Origin: the human T2T-CHM13v2.0 reference genome, Homo sapiens
Length of the DNA: 64,000 nt
Assembly (NCBI RefSeq): GCF_009914755.1
Contig: NC_060928.1
Reading direction: 5' to 3' (one strand)
How positions within the stretch are numbered: position 1 is the first letter of the stretch; every line of letters begins with the position of its first letter. Position numbers and translations under genes: made by a program. The notes beneath the pieces are model-generated. The model was not told where the DNA came from and searched no databases. It saw only the letters and a program-made list of their open reading frames with translations. Of this stretch, positions 26,149 through 39,600 are shown piece after piece.

Positions 26149-26515
26149 TGATATGGTTTGGCTGTGTCACCACCTAAATCTCATCTTGAATTGTAACTCC
26201 CACAATTCCCACATATTGTGGGAGGGACCCAGTGGGAGGTAGTTAAATCATGGGGGCGGATCTCTCTCATTGTTCTTGCAATGGTGAGTGGGTCTCATGA
26301 GATCTGATGGTTTTAAAAAGGAGTTCCCCTGCACAAATTCTCTCTCTCTTTCTCTTTGCCTGCTGCCATCCATGTAAGATGTGACTTGCTCCTCCTTGCT
26401 TTCCGCCATGATTCTGAGACCTCCCCAGCCACATGGAACTTTAAGTCCATTAAATCTCTTTTTCTTCCCAGTCTTGGGTATGTCTTCATCAGCAGCCTGA
26501 AAACGGACTAATACA
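26149..26515 (+). mobile_element. THE1 (THE1A/B) solo LTR
   Basis: tgatatggtttggctgtgtc start and gaaaacggactaataca end. 5-bp TSD gcaga/gtaga. Confidence 0.93.
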
Positions 26516-26789
26516 GTAGACTTGAGTACCTATGGCTGACATGTGTTTTTTCAAATGAAAGAGTAACAAATTGGTAATGTCAATATGTTACAGGAAAAAA
26601 CAAAAACAAAACAGAACAAAAAACCAACAGCCTCCCAATAAAATATAATAGAATTTACATCTGTGGCATCATGTGTTTGAACCAGTCCTTATAAATGGAA
26701 ACTAGTTTTTCTTGTTGCATTTTGCATTTCCTTCCCAATCATGACAGAATAAGAAAGTGTCACACAAAACTTGGATGGCCTATTTGGAT

Positions 26790-26925
26790 GGGTAATTTTT
26801 AGATGATTTAGTCCTATCCCTTCATTTTATAGATGAAGAAACCAAACCTCAGTGAGATTGAATTGGACAAGAGCTGAGACAGATGTTCCCATCTGACTTC
26901 TGATGTACCCTCTTTCCACTGTAGT
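26790..26925 (-). mobile_element. MIR fragment
   Basis: Core cattttatagatgaagaaacc..cagtgaga and ctctttccactg. Confidence 0.65.
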
Positions 26926-26965
26926 ATGAGGTCTACAGAAAGAAATTTAGAAACCAATGGCTGAA

Positions 26966-27352
26966 TGAGGTAGATTGAAATATTGTTTTGTTCCCTTCCC
27001 TATAAGGGGATTATATCTCTTTGTCCTTGCCATGTCACTTTCAGTATCTCCCTCTACTTTCTCACTTTCAGCCCTAGGCTTGATCATGTGACTTCCTGAG
27101 GTAAATGTGAGTAGATGTGACAGAATTATGAAATGTAACTGTGTGAGGCATCCTGCTCTCATGCTATTATGACAAGTCCCAGATGGTGGCTGTTCTTTCG
27201 TCCTGGTCTTTGAATGAGAAAACCCATGGAGCAGTGCCTCCACCTGTAGCAGAACCGCAGCTGCATTTAACATGAATGGGCATGAAAAATGTATTGTAGG
27301 AAACCATTGAAACTTGAGAGGGTTTGTTACTGCAGCAAAGCTGATGAATACT
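26966..27352 (+). mobile_element. MLT1H/I-type LTR
   Basis: ccttgccatgtcacttt..ggcttgatcatgtgactt..gtttgttactgcagcaaagctga. Confidence 0.6.
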
Positions 27353-27787
27353 ATGAAAATCAGGAGTAATTATCCCATGTGGTATGAAGTAAGAAAGGAA
27401 GACATTGCTATGCATTTAGAACATACCCCTTGCTTTTCTTGGCACTTTGTCCATGGACATGATTGGTAATGCTTTTTCCTCCCAGAGTGTTGCGAAAGGA
27501 CAAAATACTTGTTGGTTTCATTCTTATGCCAATAACGTCTTACAGAAACTCGGTTCACTTACTTCATTATTTTATGTTAATTGTGAGGAAGGAGAAGAAA
27601 TGGGATAAACAAATAAAGTTTACAGAAAAATAACAATATCTATATTAATATGGCAACTGAAGTCTAACCTGTGGCAGGGCATCAAGCTAATATATTACAT
27701 ATTTTCAAGTGTATCTTGCACTTGACTGTGAGCATTTAAGGAAGGCACTATATCTGCCTGGAAGAGCTAGGGAACTTCCCAGAGGGG

Positions 27788-28188
27788 TGATATAATTTGA
27801 ATATTTGTCCTCTCCAAATCTCATGTTGAAATGTAATCCCCAGTGTTGGAGGGTGGGGCCTGGTTGAAGATGTTTGGCTCATGGGGATGGACCCCTCATA
27901 AATGGTCTTGGTGCCCTCTCTGCAATAATGAGTTTATGTGAGATCTGGTTGTTTAGAGGAGGCTGGCACCTCTGCCACTCTCCCGTGCTGCCTCTTTTGC
28001 CATGTGCTACATCAGCTCCCCCTTCACCTTCGGCCATAATTGTAAGCTTCCGGATGCCTCACCAGCAGCTGAGCAGATGCTGGCGCCATGCCTGCACAGT
28101 CCACAGAACCATGAGCAAAATAAATCCTTATTTATAAATTATCCAGTCTCAAGTATTCCTTTATAGCAATGCAGAACAGACTAATACA
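27788..28188 (+). mobile_element. MSTB solo LTR
   Basis: tgatataatttgaatatttgtcc..aaatctcatgttgaaatgtaatcccca start and tatagcaatgcagaacagactaataca end. Confidence 0.9.
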
Positions 28189-28903
28189 GAAAATAAGAGT
28201 GTAATAGGTAATCCAAATGTCAAAAGATGTTAGGAAGGGCTGAAGGGAGGTAACTTCCAGAGGGACCACTATATGCAAGGACAACGAGTCACCAAGAAGA
28301 AGTCACTTGTAGCTAACACAGAGGGCAAACGTGAGGGAGGAGCAGGTATGGGCCCAGCCACGGCTGACTCTGCTTATCATCCTGAGGGTCTGGCCCTCAT
28401 GCTGTGCATAATAAAATGTCACTGAAGGAATACCATCAAGGTACTGCCATGGTCAGAATGTAGTTTTACAAATATTTCTTTATTCAGGGGAGAAGGAAGA
28501 AAATGAAACCTGGTAACACTGATAGGGAGACTCTAACAGCTATTTGTATTAGCGTGGATAAGAAATGCGAAGATCCTGCATTAAAGCAATGGCTGTGGGA
28601 TAGATGAATTATTTAGATTTGTTATAAGGTGCACTCCACTGAATTTTGTGAGGGTTGTTTTAGAATAAGTCACTTTACCTAGGCAGATACATATATAGGA
28701 AAGTTTTGTCAGATATCTTAATAGGAAAAAAAGGGGAAACAGCCTAATGTAATGATTTTGGATTTGAGGCTAGGAGGGAGTAACATTTACTATCTCTCTG
28801 GTATTAATTATCAATCCTTTCTAAGTCTCAGTCTTCTTACCTGTATCTTGCGTATAATAAAGTACCTTTCTTGTAGGATTATAGTGACAATGAAATGAGA
28901 TGG

Positions 28904-29500
28904 AGTTGGGGTTCAAGCAGGCTGGTGGGAAAAATATTAAAGATAGTTATATAACAGCCAAAAACTCTCTTGGGAAGCCCGAGAGTTTGCATAGCTTCAG
29001 ATTGCTTGGCTGAAGGCAGCCAGGGTCTCTTTGCAGGAGTCGGAAAGATTAGGGTGCAAGTACAAAGGAATGTGGGAAGTTTATCTTACTAACCTGCTTA
29101 CTTATACAGGTTTAAGACTAACCTTTCAAACTACCCCTACCTGTGGGTACTTGATGGCCTCCTACTGGGGGGCAGCAGTCTGCAGAAGTTTATCACCCGC
29201 AAATGGTGTTTGCTTTAGGCTCCGAACCTGGCCTTTAATCTTTACCCTCTAGTGGTGTTTACTCACAATTTTGTTAATTAGTCTTACTGAATAAATGCGA
29301 GCCTGACTAGCAGATGAGGGCTGAGTCACAACTGTTTACAGAACTCAGCTTGGAACCTGTAAGCTGCTCGGACCCTCAGCTGGACTGGCAGAGCAGAATA
29401 TCTGTGTGTCAGTGTACTTTCTTCATCCATCGCCGAATCAGGGGTCTGCAGGAACAGACCCCCCCGCAGCTAGTGCCCCCGTGAAAAGAGCGCTGCCTCA
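28904..29500 (+). mobile_element. LTR22 (HERV-K22/HML-5) solo LTR inserted in a MIR
   Basis: gttggggttcaagcaggctggtgggaaaaatattaaagatag start, AATAAA at 29289-29294, gctgcctca end. Exact 6-bp TSD AGATGG (28898-28903, 29501-29506). MIR-like sequence on both sides. Confidence 0.88.
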
Positions 29501-29559
29501 AGATGGGACATGAAAATATTTAACCATTGACTCTGCCTAAAGGATGAATAATTTTTTGG

Positions 29560-30150
29560 TCATGTCTTTTTTTCCCCTGATTCTTATTAGTTCTGTAACA
29601 TCAGTTGGGATAGACAATATGGAAGATTTCAGGTGAAAAAAGAAGAGGTAGACAAGTTTGATTGGAATATCTAGAATCTGATTGTCCTGTAAGATATCCA
29701 GATGGAATTATCTAAACAGGTAGTTGGCATTTCAAAATGGTCTCTGGTAAGTGATTAGCAGTTCAAAGTCTGAGAATGAGAAGACAGTATAGTGGAGAAG
29801 TATAGGTCATATTAAAATTGATCCCACAGGTGTGAAAGATATTGCCGGAGAGAATGCATAGGAATCAGAAGGGTTAGGGGCCAGGAGCCAAGAAAGGAGG
29901 TGAGAAGGAGTAGCTGGACAGTGGGTGGTAATTAGCTTAATGTTCTGTAAAGCAAGCAAATTTTTATAAGAAGGAATTTAATTATGGATAAACACTCCAG
30001 ATAAGAGCATGTAATATGCTGAGAGGATGAAATATACTAGTTACAGAGACGTGGTGGAGGCGGAAGCTAGATATACTAAAGGGTGAATGAAAAGTGATTA
30101 AGGAGAGAACAGGAATGTAAGGTTGTTCTTTTAAGGCCCTGGAGTGTGAA
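29560..30150 (-). mobile_element. L2 fragments
   Basis: Purine-rich diverged L2 body motifs (gatatccagatgg..aggtagttgg; aaggaggtgagaaggagtagc). Confidence 0.45.
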
Positions 30151-30164
30151 GGCAAGAGGACTGC

Positions 30165-30600
30165 AAAGACTACTGGTTGCCTAGTCAATTTCAATTCTCA
30201 GTACCAGAATTCTTCTAATTTTGGTTACTGTAATATGATCAGTTTAAAATGACATTCCCAAGCCTCCTTGCAGTTGGGTGACTAATGAGATATAATGGCC
30301 ACCCATTGGGTGGGCTTGGGCTTCCAAGAAAGCTCTTCAAAGGACTGACACAGCTGGGAGACATGTCCTTTTCCCCTCTCCTTTCTCTACCTTCCTGAAA
30401 TGGAAATGAAATAGCTGAAGTCACAGCAACCATCTTGGGACCTTGTAAAAATGGTCAAGAGAATCTCAGATACTTTAGCATTAATATGCTTGAAGTCCTA
30501 AATCAATGGCATCAACTGTTTACTTCTATTATGTGAGATAAATATGTATTTTAAATCCCTGTGGTTGGCACTGTTTTTAGCAGCCAAATATAAACTGACA
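30165..30600 (+). mobile_element. MLT1J/K-type LTR
   Basis: cattcccaagcctccttgcagt..gactaatgagatata..cagcaaccatcttggga..gcagccaaa. Confidence 0.6.
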
Positions 30601-32149
30601 AAGTGTGATAGCTAGATGATATAAGGTTAAAAGAATATCTATATTCCTAGTCAAAGTAGTATCTTACAACTTCTTTGAGGTTATTTTTTAGATTGATTTA
30701 CTATTTTTCCCTCAATAGGGAACATGGATAAATCACTTCACTGTCAGGTACTCTGTAGTAACCCAAAAAAATGTTCATCTTTTCACTCTTTCTTCTTATT
30801 CTCTCCATCCCCTTCTTTCCATCTTTCTTCTGTCTCCCCCTCTCCTACTTTCCTGATAGGTAAGATGCTTTCTGATAGATCAAGAGGTTAATAAACTTTG
30901 AATAATTGGATGTAAAGTGTTTGAACAATAAAATCTCTGCAGATAGGAAGATATTTAAGGGTTAGCTTAAAACATTGCACAGGAAATATAATGATGTTAT
31001 TATTTTTCCAACAAGCAAGCTGTTTTGGTCTTGTAAGCAAATTAAGTGATATTCACCAGCTAAGAGGGTTCAGGCATCTCAGCCCACCAGGAGAACAGGG
31101 AGGCCCCTCATGCGCAGGCATACAGATACGATGCACCACACAGAGGGAATAAGCCATGCCTTGTGATAAGAACAGAGCATCAGACATTTGCTAAATGCTA
31201 TTTGACAGGAGAAAAAAAGTAATCATTGTTACCGTGGAAGACTGTTCAAAGTCACTGAGCAAAACTTCAGTGATTTCAAATCCAGAGACTGAACATGTTC
31301 TACAACTAGGGATAAGCATGCTGTTAAACCTTCAAACAACACCCCTGTGGAGGGCAGCTTGGGATACAGAGTTGAGTTGCCATAAACTGGACAGAGAAGG
31401 AAAGGGAATCATCTACATCAACAGGAGAAACAATTATCTTAGCCATCCACCTGGCTAGTCAGTTTTTCCAGCTGTTTAGTAAGGAGAAACTGCTTTATGC
31501 TATTTGTGATTATTAAAAATTATAGTTGTTTTAATTCTCATTCCATCTTGTGGGATCAATAATTTCAGTTAATTCTTATGTCCCAAATTAAAGATTGAGA
31601 TGGAATTATCTAGTAGGTAGTTGGCAATTCAAAATGGTGCATAGTCGGTCATTACGAGATAGCATTTTGAATTACCATATCTTCAGGTCTTGAGATATTT
31701 AGCTATCTAGAGTTCATCAACCTACCCGATGTTCTTCCTATTCAGATCTCCTACTGAGAGGAAGCAGGCAACGAAATCTTTTAAAGAATGGTTCTTTAAG
31801 AAGACATATATTTGGTCTAAATGTGTCAAAGGTGAGCTGTTACACTCATAGATTTATATTAAATATAAACTTCTTTTATTTTTCTGGTGATATATTGCCT
31901 AGGGATTGTGCTTATCGTAAGGTCCCAGCAAATGAAAAGGAAAGACATTGACTGGGAGAAAATATTTTCAACGTATATCTGACAAAGGAGAGGAATTATG
32001 CCCCAGGAACAGTACTTAACAGATTACACCCTGGAACTTCATTTATGGCTGGGTCCGATTTCAGTGATTTTGGGCTAATGCTGTAATGGGCCTTTGAGCT
32101 GATGCTATAATGGGATGAGACTCTTGGAAACTTTTAAAAGGGGTTACCA

Positions 32150-33055
32150 GGAAGCATATGAACAGATGACGCTCATCACTGGTCATCAAGAAAAGGCAAA
32201 TTAAAACCACATTGAAATACTGTTATATACTCACTAAAAGGGACAAAATTAAAAAGACTAACACCGTGTTTTGGGGAAGATGGAGGCAACTGGAAATCTT
32301 GTAAAATATACAATGACTCAAACACTTAAGAAACAAATTTGGCTGATTCTTATAACGTTAAACCATTAATACTTACCATATGCCCCAGCAGTCCCACTCT
32401 TATGTATTTACCTAGAGAAATGAAAGCACATGTTTACACAAAGAGCTGCCATAAATGTTCACAGCAGCTTTATTTGTAATAGCTCCAAATTGGAAACAAT
32501 GCTGATGTCCAGCAGCAGGTGAATGGGTAAACTAACTTGGTAATCCTACAATGGGATACTACACCCAGCCAGCAGCCGAGCACAGAGGATGTACTGATTA
32601 AGGCCCATTCCTAAGAGACACAGGACTCCTCCAGTGGGAGACTGCCTTGAGGACACCCCCTCAGCCTAACCAAACCTTTCTTGGAATTGCACTGCAGTCT
32701 AAGCCTTTTTTTTTTACCTCCTTATCCTGCCTTCTTCCTTTCTTTTGCAGGTGTTGGAACTGCATACTGTGTAGACTCTCCAGGTCTTCTCAGGATTCTC
32801 TTCCCTTTATTTTTCACAGCATTTTCCCTACATCTGTTTCATGGCTAATCCTTTCTCGACATCTGCTTCCCAGAATACTCAGATTAACAAAATTGTTGCC
32901 TGGGGCTGAAGTGGGAGTATGGGACTTTTTTGGGTGATGGAAAAATGTTTTATATCTTTGTCATTGCAGTGGTTACATACATATATTCATTATCAAAACT
33001 TATTGAAATGTACACTTAAAGGGGGTATATTTTGTTCATCAGTAAAAATGATTTA
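32150..33055 (+). mobile_element. L1ME/L1MB ORF2 3' end and 3'UTR, interrupted by an LTR16-like element at about 32575-32890
   Basis: aaattaaaaccac, accatatgccccagcagtcccactc, tttatttgtaatagc. Resumes at gttgcctgggg..tgggtgatggaaaa..tgtacacttaaa. Insert has ttgcactgcagtctaag..catctgcttcccag. Confidence 0.7.
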
Positions 33056-34149
33056 AAGCAAAACATAATCTCAAATGCTGCCTATGACTTGCTGGTCAGG
33101 GCAGATACTGGCCAGGTAACATTTAATGTCCAGATTGCAAAGGCAGAGGAGATAAAGAATCTGTATGGTACAGTATTGGCAAAAACAGTCTTCACTCATT
33201 TAGGAGTTGCATTTAGAAATCTTTAGGAATCATAAATCTCCTTTTAAGGATAAGCCGATACCATTAGGTCACTATGGTGACTTACTTGTAAGTGGGCATA
33301 AAATGGTTAAGTAATAAATGTCCAGGTGGTTGTAGCAGGAACAATATTTGAAGGAGACAGAGACATTTCCGTTAAGTAATGACTTCTTAAAAAGGAGATA
33401 AGATTTTCAAGGTAGTTTTTAATCTGAATTTTTTTTCTTCATAAATCTGGAATGATCTCTAAATTCTTACCCACTGATAGTGTGGAGAGAGGCGGTGCAC
33501 TGAGGCAGCCTCTTGCCTATTTCACCAAGCATGGGCATTGGATGAAGTTGGCATTCCAGCAGTCATCAGTGATTTATATTCTCCCTCTCCTTGCCTACCT
33601 CAGTCCCCAGATTATGACTTCATTGAGGATGATAACAAGGGCTTTATTTTTTTCTGTTTCTGGATTAGCCAGTTCACAATAGGCAAACAATGTTTTTCAT
33701 TGCATAGATTATTGAATGAATAAATAGCTTTCTGTCACGACTCTGCTTCTCATGGGGCAACCCTTCAAAACACACCTTGTTTATTTTCTTCCAAGCTAAG
33801 CCGAGAACCTATAAGGACAAGATTGCTTTATTGATCTTGTTTTTCTTCATTTACTATCTATTCATTTTTACCACCAGGTTTATCCTTTACTAGAAACTAA
33901 GGAGCCAGATCAAAACAGGTTCCTACTATTATAATTGAGGTCAAAGAGCTTGTGCCTTACAAGATCCTCAGTACAGAGGGTTCAATGTGGCATCTAATTG
34001 AATTGCTGTGTTGCTCAAATCCAAATGAAATCTTTCAAAGTTGACTTGACCATTGAAGAACAATTAGAAATGTCAAAATCCACCTGACATAATTTTTCAT
34101 TACATACCTTTAAAATACAATACAGACAAAATCTAAAGAAAGCAATTTT

Positions 34150-35160
34150 TAAAATAAGATTTTAATCTTAGAATGTTTTTTGATTTATAGGAAAATTGCA
34201 AAGATAATGCAGAGAGCTCAATTGTACCCTTCACCCAGTTTCCCCTAATGCTAACATCTTGTTTTACTGTGGTAGGTATATCACAGCTAAGAAAACAACA
34301 TTGGTACAATATTGTTTACTGAACTCCAGACTTTATTCAGATTTCACTAGTTTTCCCTTAATGTCCATTTTCTGTTCCAGGATCCTCTCAAGGATTCCAC
34401 ATTACATTTATTCATCATGCCTCCTTTGTCATCTCCACTGTGTGACAATTACTTCATCATTCTTGGTTTGCATGTCCTTCCATTTTTGAGGAGTATTTTG
34501 TAGAATGTCCTTAAATATGGATGTGTCTAATATTTTTTCACGGTTTGACTGGGATGTGGGGCTTTTGTGAGAAAGATCACAGAGGCAAATTCACATCACA
34601 TCATATCAAGGCTACGGGCTATTCCTGTGATGTAGATATGAACATGTTAATCTTAATCACCTGAACAGGGTTCTCCATTGTAAAGTCACCTGCCCTCCCT
34701 GCTCTCCCTACTCTATACATTGGAAACAAGTCATTACATGTATCCCACATTCAAAAGTGGTTGGCAGTTTAAGCTCCACTGCCTGGAGATGGGGGAAGCC
34801 ACATAAACTATTTGAAATTTTCGTCTCCACCTTTGCTTATGTATTCAATCATTTATTTATGTCAGCATGGACTTGGACTTGGGATATTTCTTTTATGCTT
34901 TGCCTTATCACCCAATACTATCCTTGTTTATTTTGTTCTCATTGCTCCAGCTTTGGCCATTAGAAGGTCTTTCAAGTTGCCTCTGACATGCCTCCATCCT
35001 TCTATTCTCTGAGTACTTCCTTAAATCCTGGCACTGTAAGATGCTCCTAATTTACCTTGTCTATCCCACGCCCCCAGCTCTAAAAGTAGCCATTTCTTCA
35101 AAGAATCCTGGTTCTTTTTATTGGACATTGGAGTTAGAGCCGATCATCTGAGCACTGGGT
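34150..35160 (-). mobile_element. L1MC/L1MD-type 3' end
   Basis: aaaattgcaaagataa..cacccagtttccccta..ttccaggatcc..gccatttcttcaaagaatcctggttc. Confidence 0.75.
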
Positions 35161-36204
35161 AACAGTTGTCTTTTTAAGAGCACAATTATTGAAGTTCCAG
35201 CTACCACTGAAATATCACTACACCACTGCATGTCTGGTATTTAGCTGAGGGAAGAGTTTTGTTTCATGTATTAGATATATTCACTAGGGTTTTCTGTTGT
35301 GTATTATTTTCTTTAAGTTCTGGTTGCTGTTTTATTTTTTTTTTGGGGGGGGAGGGTAGGATTCCTATAAGATGTACAGACCAGTGGATTACACTGGGAA
35401 TTGTTTTGACAGCAAGAAACAGATGGTTTCAAAAAGAACTTATCCCTGGATTAATCTTCTCCCAGCTGAGTTGCACCATGAGTGTTATGTTTTACAGAGC
35501 TCACTGAGTTGAAAAGGCCCGGTACACAGGTGTAGGTATAATCATTTGGTGAGTTCATCATTTTGGAGTTTGGTCTCCTTATTTTCATGCTGTTTTATTA
35601 GCACACTGAGAACTGACATACCTTTCAGGAGCAGGCTTATGTTATTCAAGCTTGTGGAAACTGACACATCTCCATAACTCTGATTGACTAATTTACAGTA
35701 ATAAATGCAATGGTAAGCAAATTAGAGTACTTGCGTCAATAGAATCTTTCCAATTAAATGTGATGTTCAAGAAGCAAAATTACCATCAGAAGCCTGCCTG
35801 GTGAGCGTGGATCAAAACAAGGGGAGTTTTACAATTCCCGTGCTTCATGGCATATTGTCAAACCAGTCTGATGCACCTTCTTCATGATGAGGCCATGTCT
35901 GCCTCCACAAGTGTGAAGTTCTGAATGGGCATAGCTGGCTTCTAGCTGTTTGGGTCTCTTGTTCTCTGGACTGACAATCCCCCCTACTCTGCTCTGACAA
36001 ATACTACTATAAACACAGTACAATACAAGTGGGTAATATTCTAAATTCAAAAATTCCAATTCTATTCCAGTTATATATTTTCTGAAAATAACTGCCTGAT
36101 GTTGACTCAAGATTCTGGTGTTTACAAAATCTTAAAATGTCTTTAGTCATACTTCATAAAACCAAAAAAGAAAAAAATTAGAAAACTAAAGTTGGAGTTT
36201 ACTT

Positions 36205-36388
36205 CTATAAAAGGCTTATACACAGATATTGCATATGGATCTTACTAGTTTCATCCAGGCAGAGCAAATTTTTCCTTTATCCCTAATTCTATACTCCTAT
36301 AAAAGGCTGATACACAGATATTGCATATGGATCTTATTAGTTTAATCTAGACAGAGCAAATTTTTTCTTTATCCCTAATTCCATCCTC
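36205..36388. repeat. Tandem duplication, 2 x 92 bp (about 8 mismatches)
   Basis: ctataaaaggc..cacagatattgcatatggatctta..tttatccctaattc starts at 36205 and 36297. Confidence 0.95.
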
Positions 36389-36447
36389 CCTCCTGCCCCG
36401 GTACCCATCTCCCATGGGAGAGGCACTTTTCTGTTGCCCCCATGTAA

Positions 36448-36625
36448 TTGTGTGACCTTGGATATATTATTTAACTTTTATTTAATATAATCCTATGTTT
36501 CCTTATCTGTGAAATGAGGAAAAGTAATTCTCCTTTAGAAGTTTGATATATGGATGAAATCAGATAAAATATATCAATGTCTTTAAAAATTCACTGGTGA
36601 ATAGTAGGCATTCGATAAGGACTAG
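36448..36625 (+). mobile_element. MIR
   Basis: tgtgtgaccttgg..tttccttatctgtgaaatgagg..atagtaggcattcgataa. Confidence 0.7.
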
Positions 36626-39600
36626 CTGCAGTCAGTGGCTTACAGTCCCCAAACAGCCGCTTAAAGCTGCACTCAACATCTCAGATGCTGTGGCAGCACT
36701 CTTCCTCTGACTCGGTGTTGCCCTGTTCAAGTGGCTTGGATAAACCAGCATTCATCTGGTGAAGAAACAGTGATGGCAGGCTGAAATATTCAAGTGGAAG
36801 GCTGAATCCTCTGCATCATCACTGCAGCAGTTAACTGCTGAGCTTTTTATTTTTTGAAATGTAGAACTGTTGAAAACCAAGAGCAGTTTTTCATGAGCAT
36901 TTATTCTTACTCATAAGTGTCTAGCAGGGATTGCCAAGTGTGATTACATTCATTAAGATATTTTTGTGTTAGAAGAAAACCTTCGTATTCATAAATTAAT
37001 AAATACTTGTTCATATTATAACTTTAACCTGATCACTTTAATTTTACAAATGGGCTTTTTTTCTGAGGTAGCTTTATTTGGAAGCTGAATGACTAGCCTA
37101 CAAAACAACAGGGATTAGAGTTGAGAATGGTCTTCCTGATTGCTGTGTCATAAATACAAGACTGTAATTAGGACAGCCTTGACAGAATGTCATCCACTTG
37201 GATTACTGTGCACATGATAATCTGTCACTCTGGTACTCTCGAGACCCAAGAAAAAGGCTGTTGTGCAGCATGTTAACATGTGTTTGTGAAGAGTTGTTCA
37301 TTGAAGGTTATGCCTGACATCTTCTTGTCTCTTGAGTCTTTTGGTGGATTTCTAATTTCATCTATTTCATTAGCCAGATATTGGTTGTTAGAATGATTAG
37401 TGCTCCAGGAGGACCCACCCAAGTGCTGTCACCAGGGTCTGCTCCCTGTGGAGTGGAAAGTATCTCAGAGGCTTATTGTCTCCTAAAGCCAGGGATCGTA
37501 GGGGCACACAGCTGTGTCCGACAATTAAAAATCACTCATGCTTGGTTGTCAGGGGGCACAATTGTCAGAATCTGTCCATCCCCTTGCCAAGGTTGATTTT
37601 GTCAAAGCTGACCCCAATCTTTTATTCTAATCACACTTTCTACTTTGTTGAGCTATTTGGATAGCAGCTCTGCCTTTTAACCTTATCCACTCCACTTTGG
37701 GCTTCTGAAATTTAACTTTGTCATTCTACTTATAAATTTTCCTTGTCAATGTCCCCTGGTTTTTACCTTGTTACCTTGGAAAACGGTGTCAGGACCCATG
37801 ATCTTGGTTGTTCCAGCCACTCTTCCATATGGTAGAGTCTCATACCAGCACTGGAAAAATGATGTTTCACACATTGTACATGATAGAGGGGATGAGGACG
37901 TGGTTCTTGCATTTGAAGGATTGTGAATTCTTCTTTCTTAACAGATCAGAGAAAAATAGAAGCTACATTACTAGCAAATTTATTTTTACATCCTTTTCTT
38001 GAAAAATGACACATCGGTAAACACAGTAATCTAGTTTATTACTTTATTTAAACAAAGACCTTCTGTTTGATTTTTTTTACTTCTTCTATTTTCCAAACTC
38101 ACATAAGCAAATTCCAAAATGCTTGAAGATAATAATCATTCTGATTTCAATTTTGATAATTTTAAAACGTTAAAATTGAAATGTAGAAAATGCTTATTTT
38201 TAAATTAATAAAATATAATTACAAGATCCCTCTTATAAAATTGCCAAAGTGTCACAAGAGTTTACGCATGTAAAGCGCTTTACTCAGTGCCTGGAACATG
38301 AAATGTGCAATTAAAAAGCTGTTATTATTAGCATTGGATTTCATACTTACAAAATAAATAGTTTGTACCACATGACCTACAATGTCCTTACCAATTTTAA
38401 AATCTTGAATCTGAATTTTACTCCCAACAGAATTTCTGGTGTATCTATGACATTGCTTACTAATTACCCCAAAAATATTGAATGTGTAAGCTCTGGACAG
38501 CATAAACATATTATATACACATATGTAATAACAAAAACTGAGAAAATAAGAGTGTTAGGTGATAATAGTTGCAAGAAAAGCAGGGAAAGGGGATGATGAA
38601 GGGGAAAGCCAGAGTGTGGTCCTATTTTAGAAAAGGTAAGTGTGGATAGACCTCTCTGGTAAGGCAAGGTATGCACAGGTATTTGATTGACATCAGAGTG
38701 GAAGCCCTGTGGCTATCCGAGGGAAGAGGGTTCTTGCTTCATTTCTGAGAAGGGATATACCCAAAACATATTATGGCCCTTAAAGTCAAGTGAGCTGTTG
38801 CTTAGCATTCAATTCAATACAAAAGTTACCTCTTTGCTTTCAGAACAAAAGGGAAACCAGCAAACTATCCATAAACCATCTGTGACACATGGACTGATCC
38901 ATGCCCAAGAGGATTCATTTTCCAAACAAGAATCCTGGGATAGCTGTGTTGACTGGATAGATATTCGACTTGGTGAGAAAGTTGTCTCTCAGATCACTAG
39001 CTTAGACTGTTAGATGTTAACAATAGAATTTTATTACCAGATAAATTTTAGCATATCTGATTGATATAAACTATATCTCTATGAGGCTATAATAATCAAA
39101 TGTATGTGAAATATCTGGTCTCATTGATGTTTTATTAATCTCATTTCCTCATTACTTGTTTCACTGAAGCCAGGTAGCCAGAAGACTCGTTAAAAAAAAT
39201 GTTATATTTATTATTTGACTAGGATAGTGCAATGGAAAGTGCTCAAGAACAATTGATTTATTAATATGCTGATTCGTTAATTCCTTCAATATGTATGAAT
39301 TAAGTGAGGGGCATCGTGCTAAGGGTAGGTCATTTGAATCCCAGTACAAACACTGTTATAAATGACCTACATTATCTGAAGAAAACAACAGCCTCTCTCT
39401 GAGTCTCAGTTTTCTCACAAGTTCAATGATATGTACTGAGCCCATATTGTATGCCAGGCCCCGTGCCTTGTACTAGGGACACAGAGATGGACACGACAGC
39501 ATTACGGGGGAGACAGATATGCAAACCATTAAAGCATGGAATGGTGCATGCATGTCACAAATATATCCAAGGTAAAGGAAAAACAGAAATGAGGTAGTGG

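Noticed and set aside
21925-35160. Similarity between 21.9-22.6 kb and 34.2-35.2 kb as a segmental duplication
   Set aside because: Both are diverged 3' ends of related old L1M subfamilies, and the flanks are unrelated.
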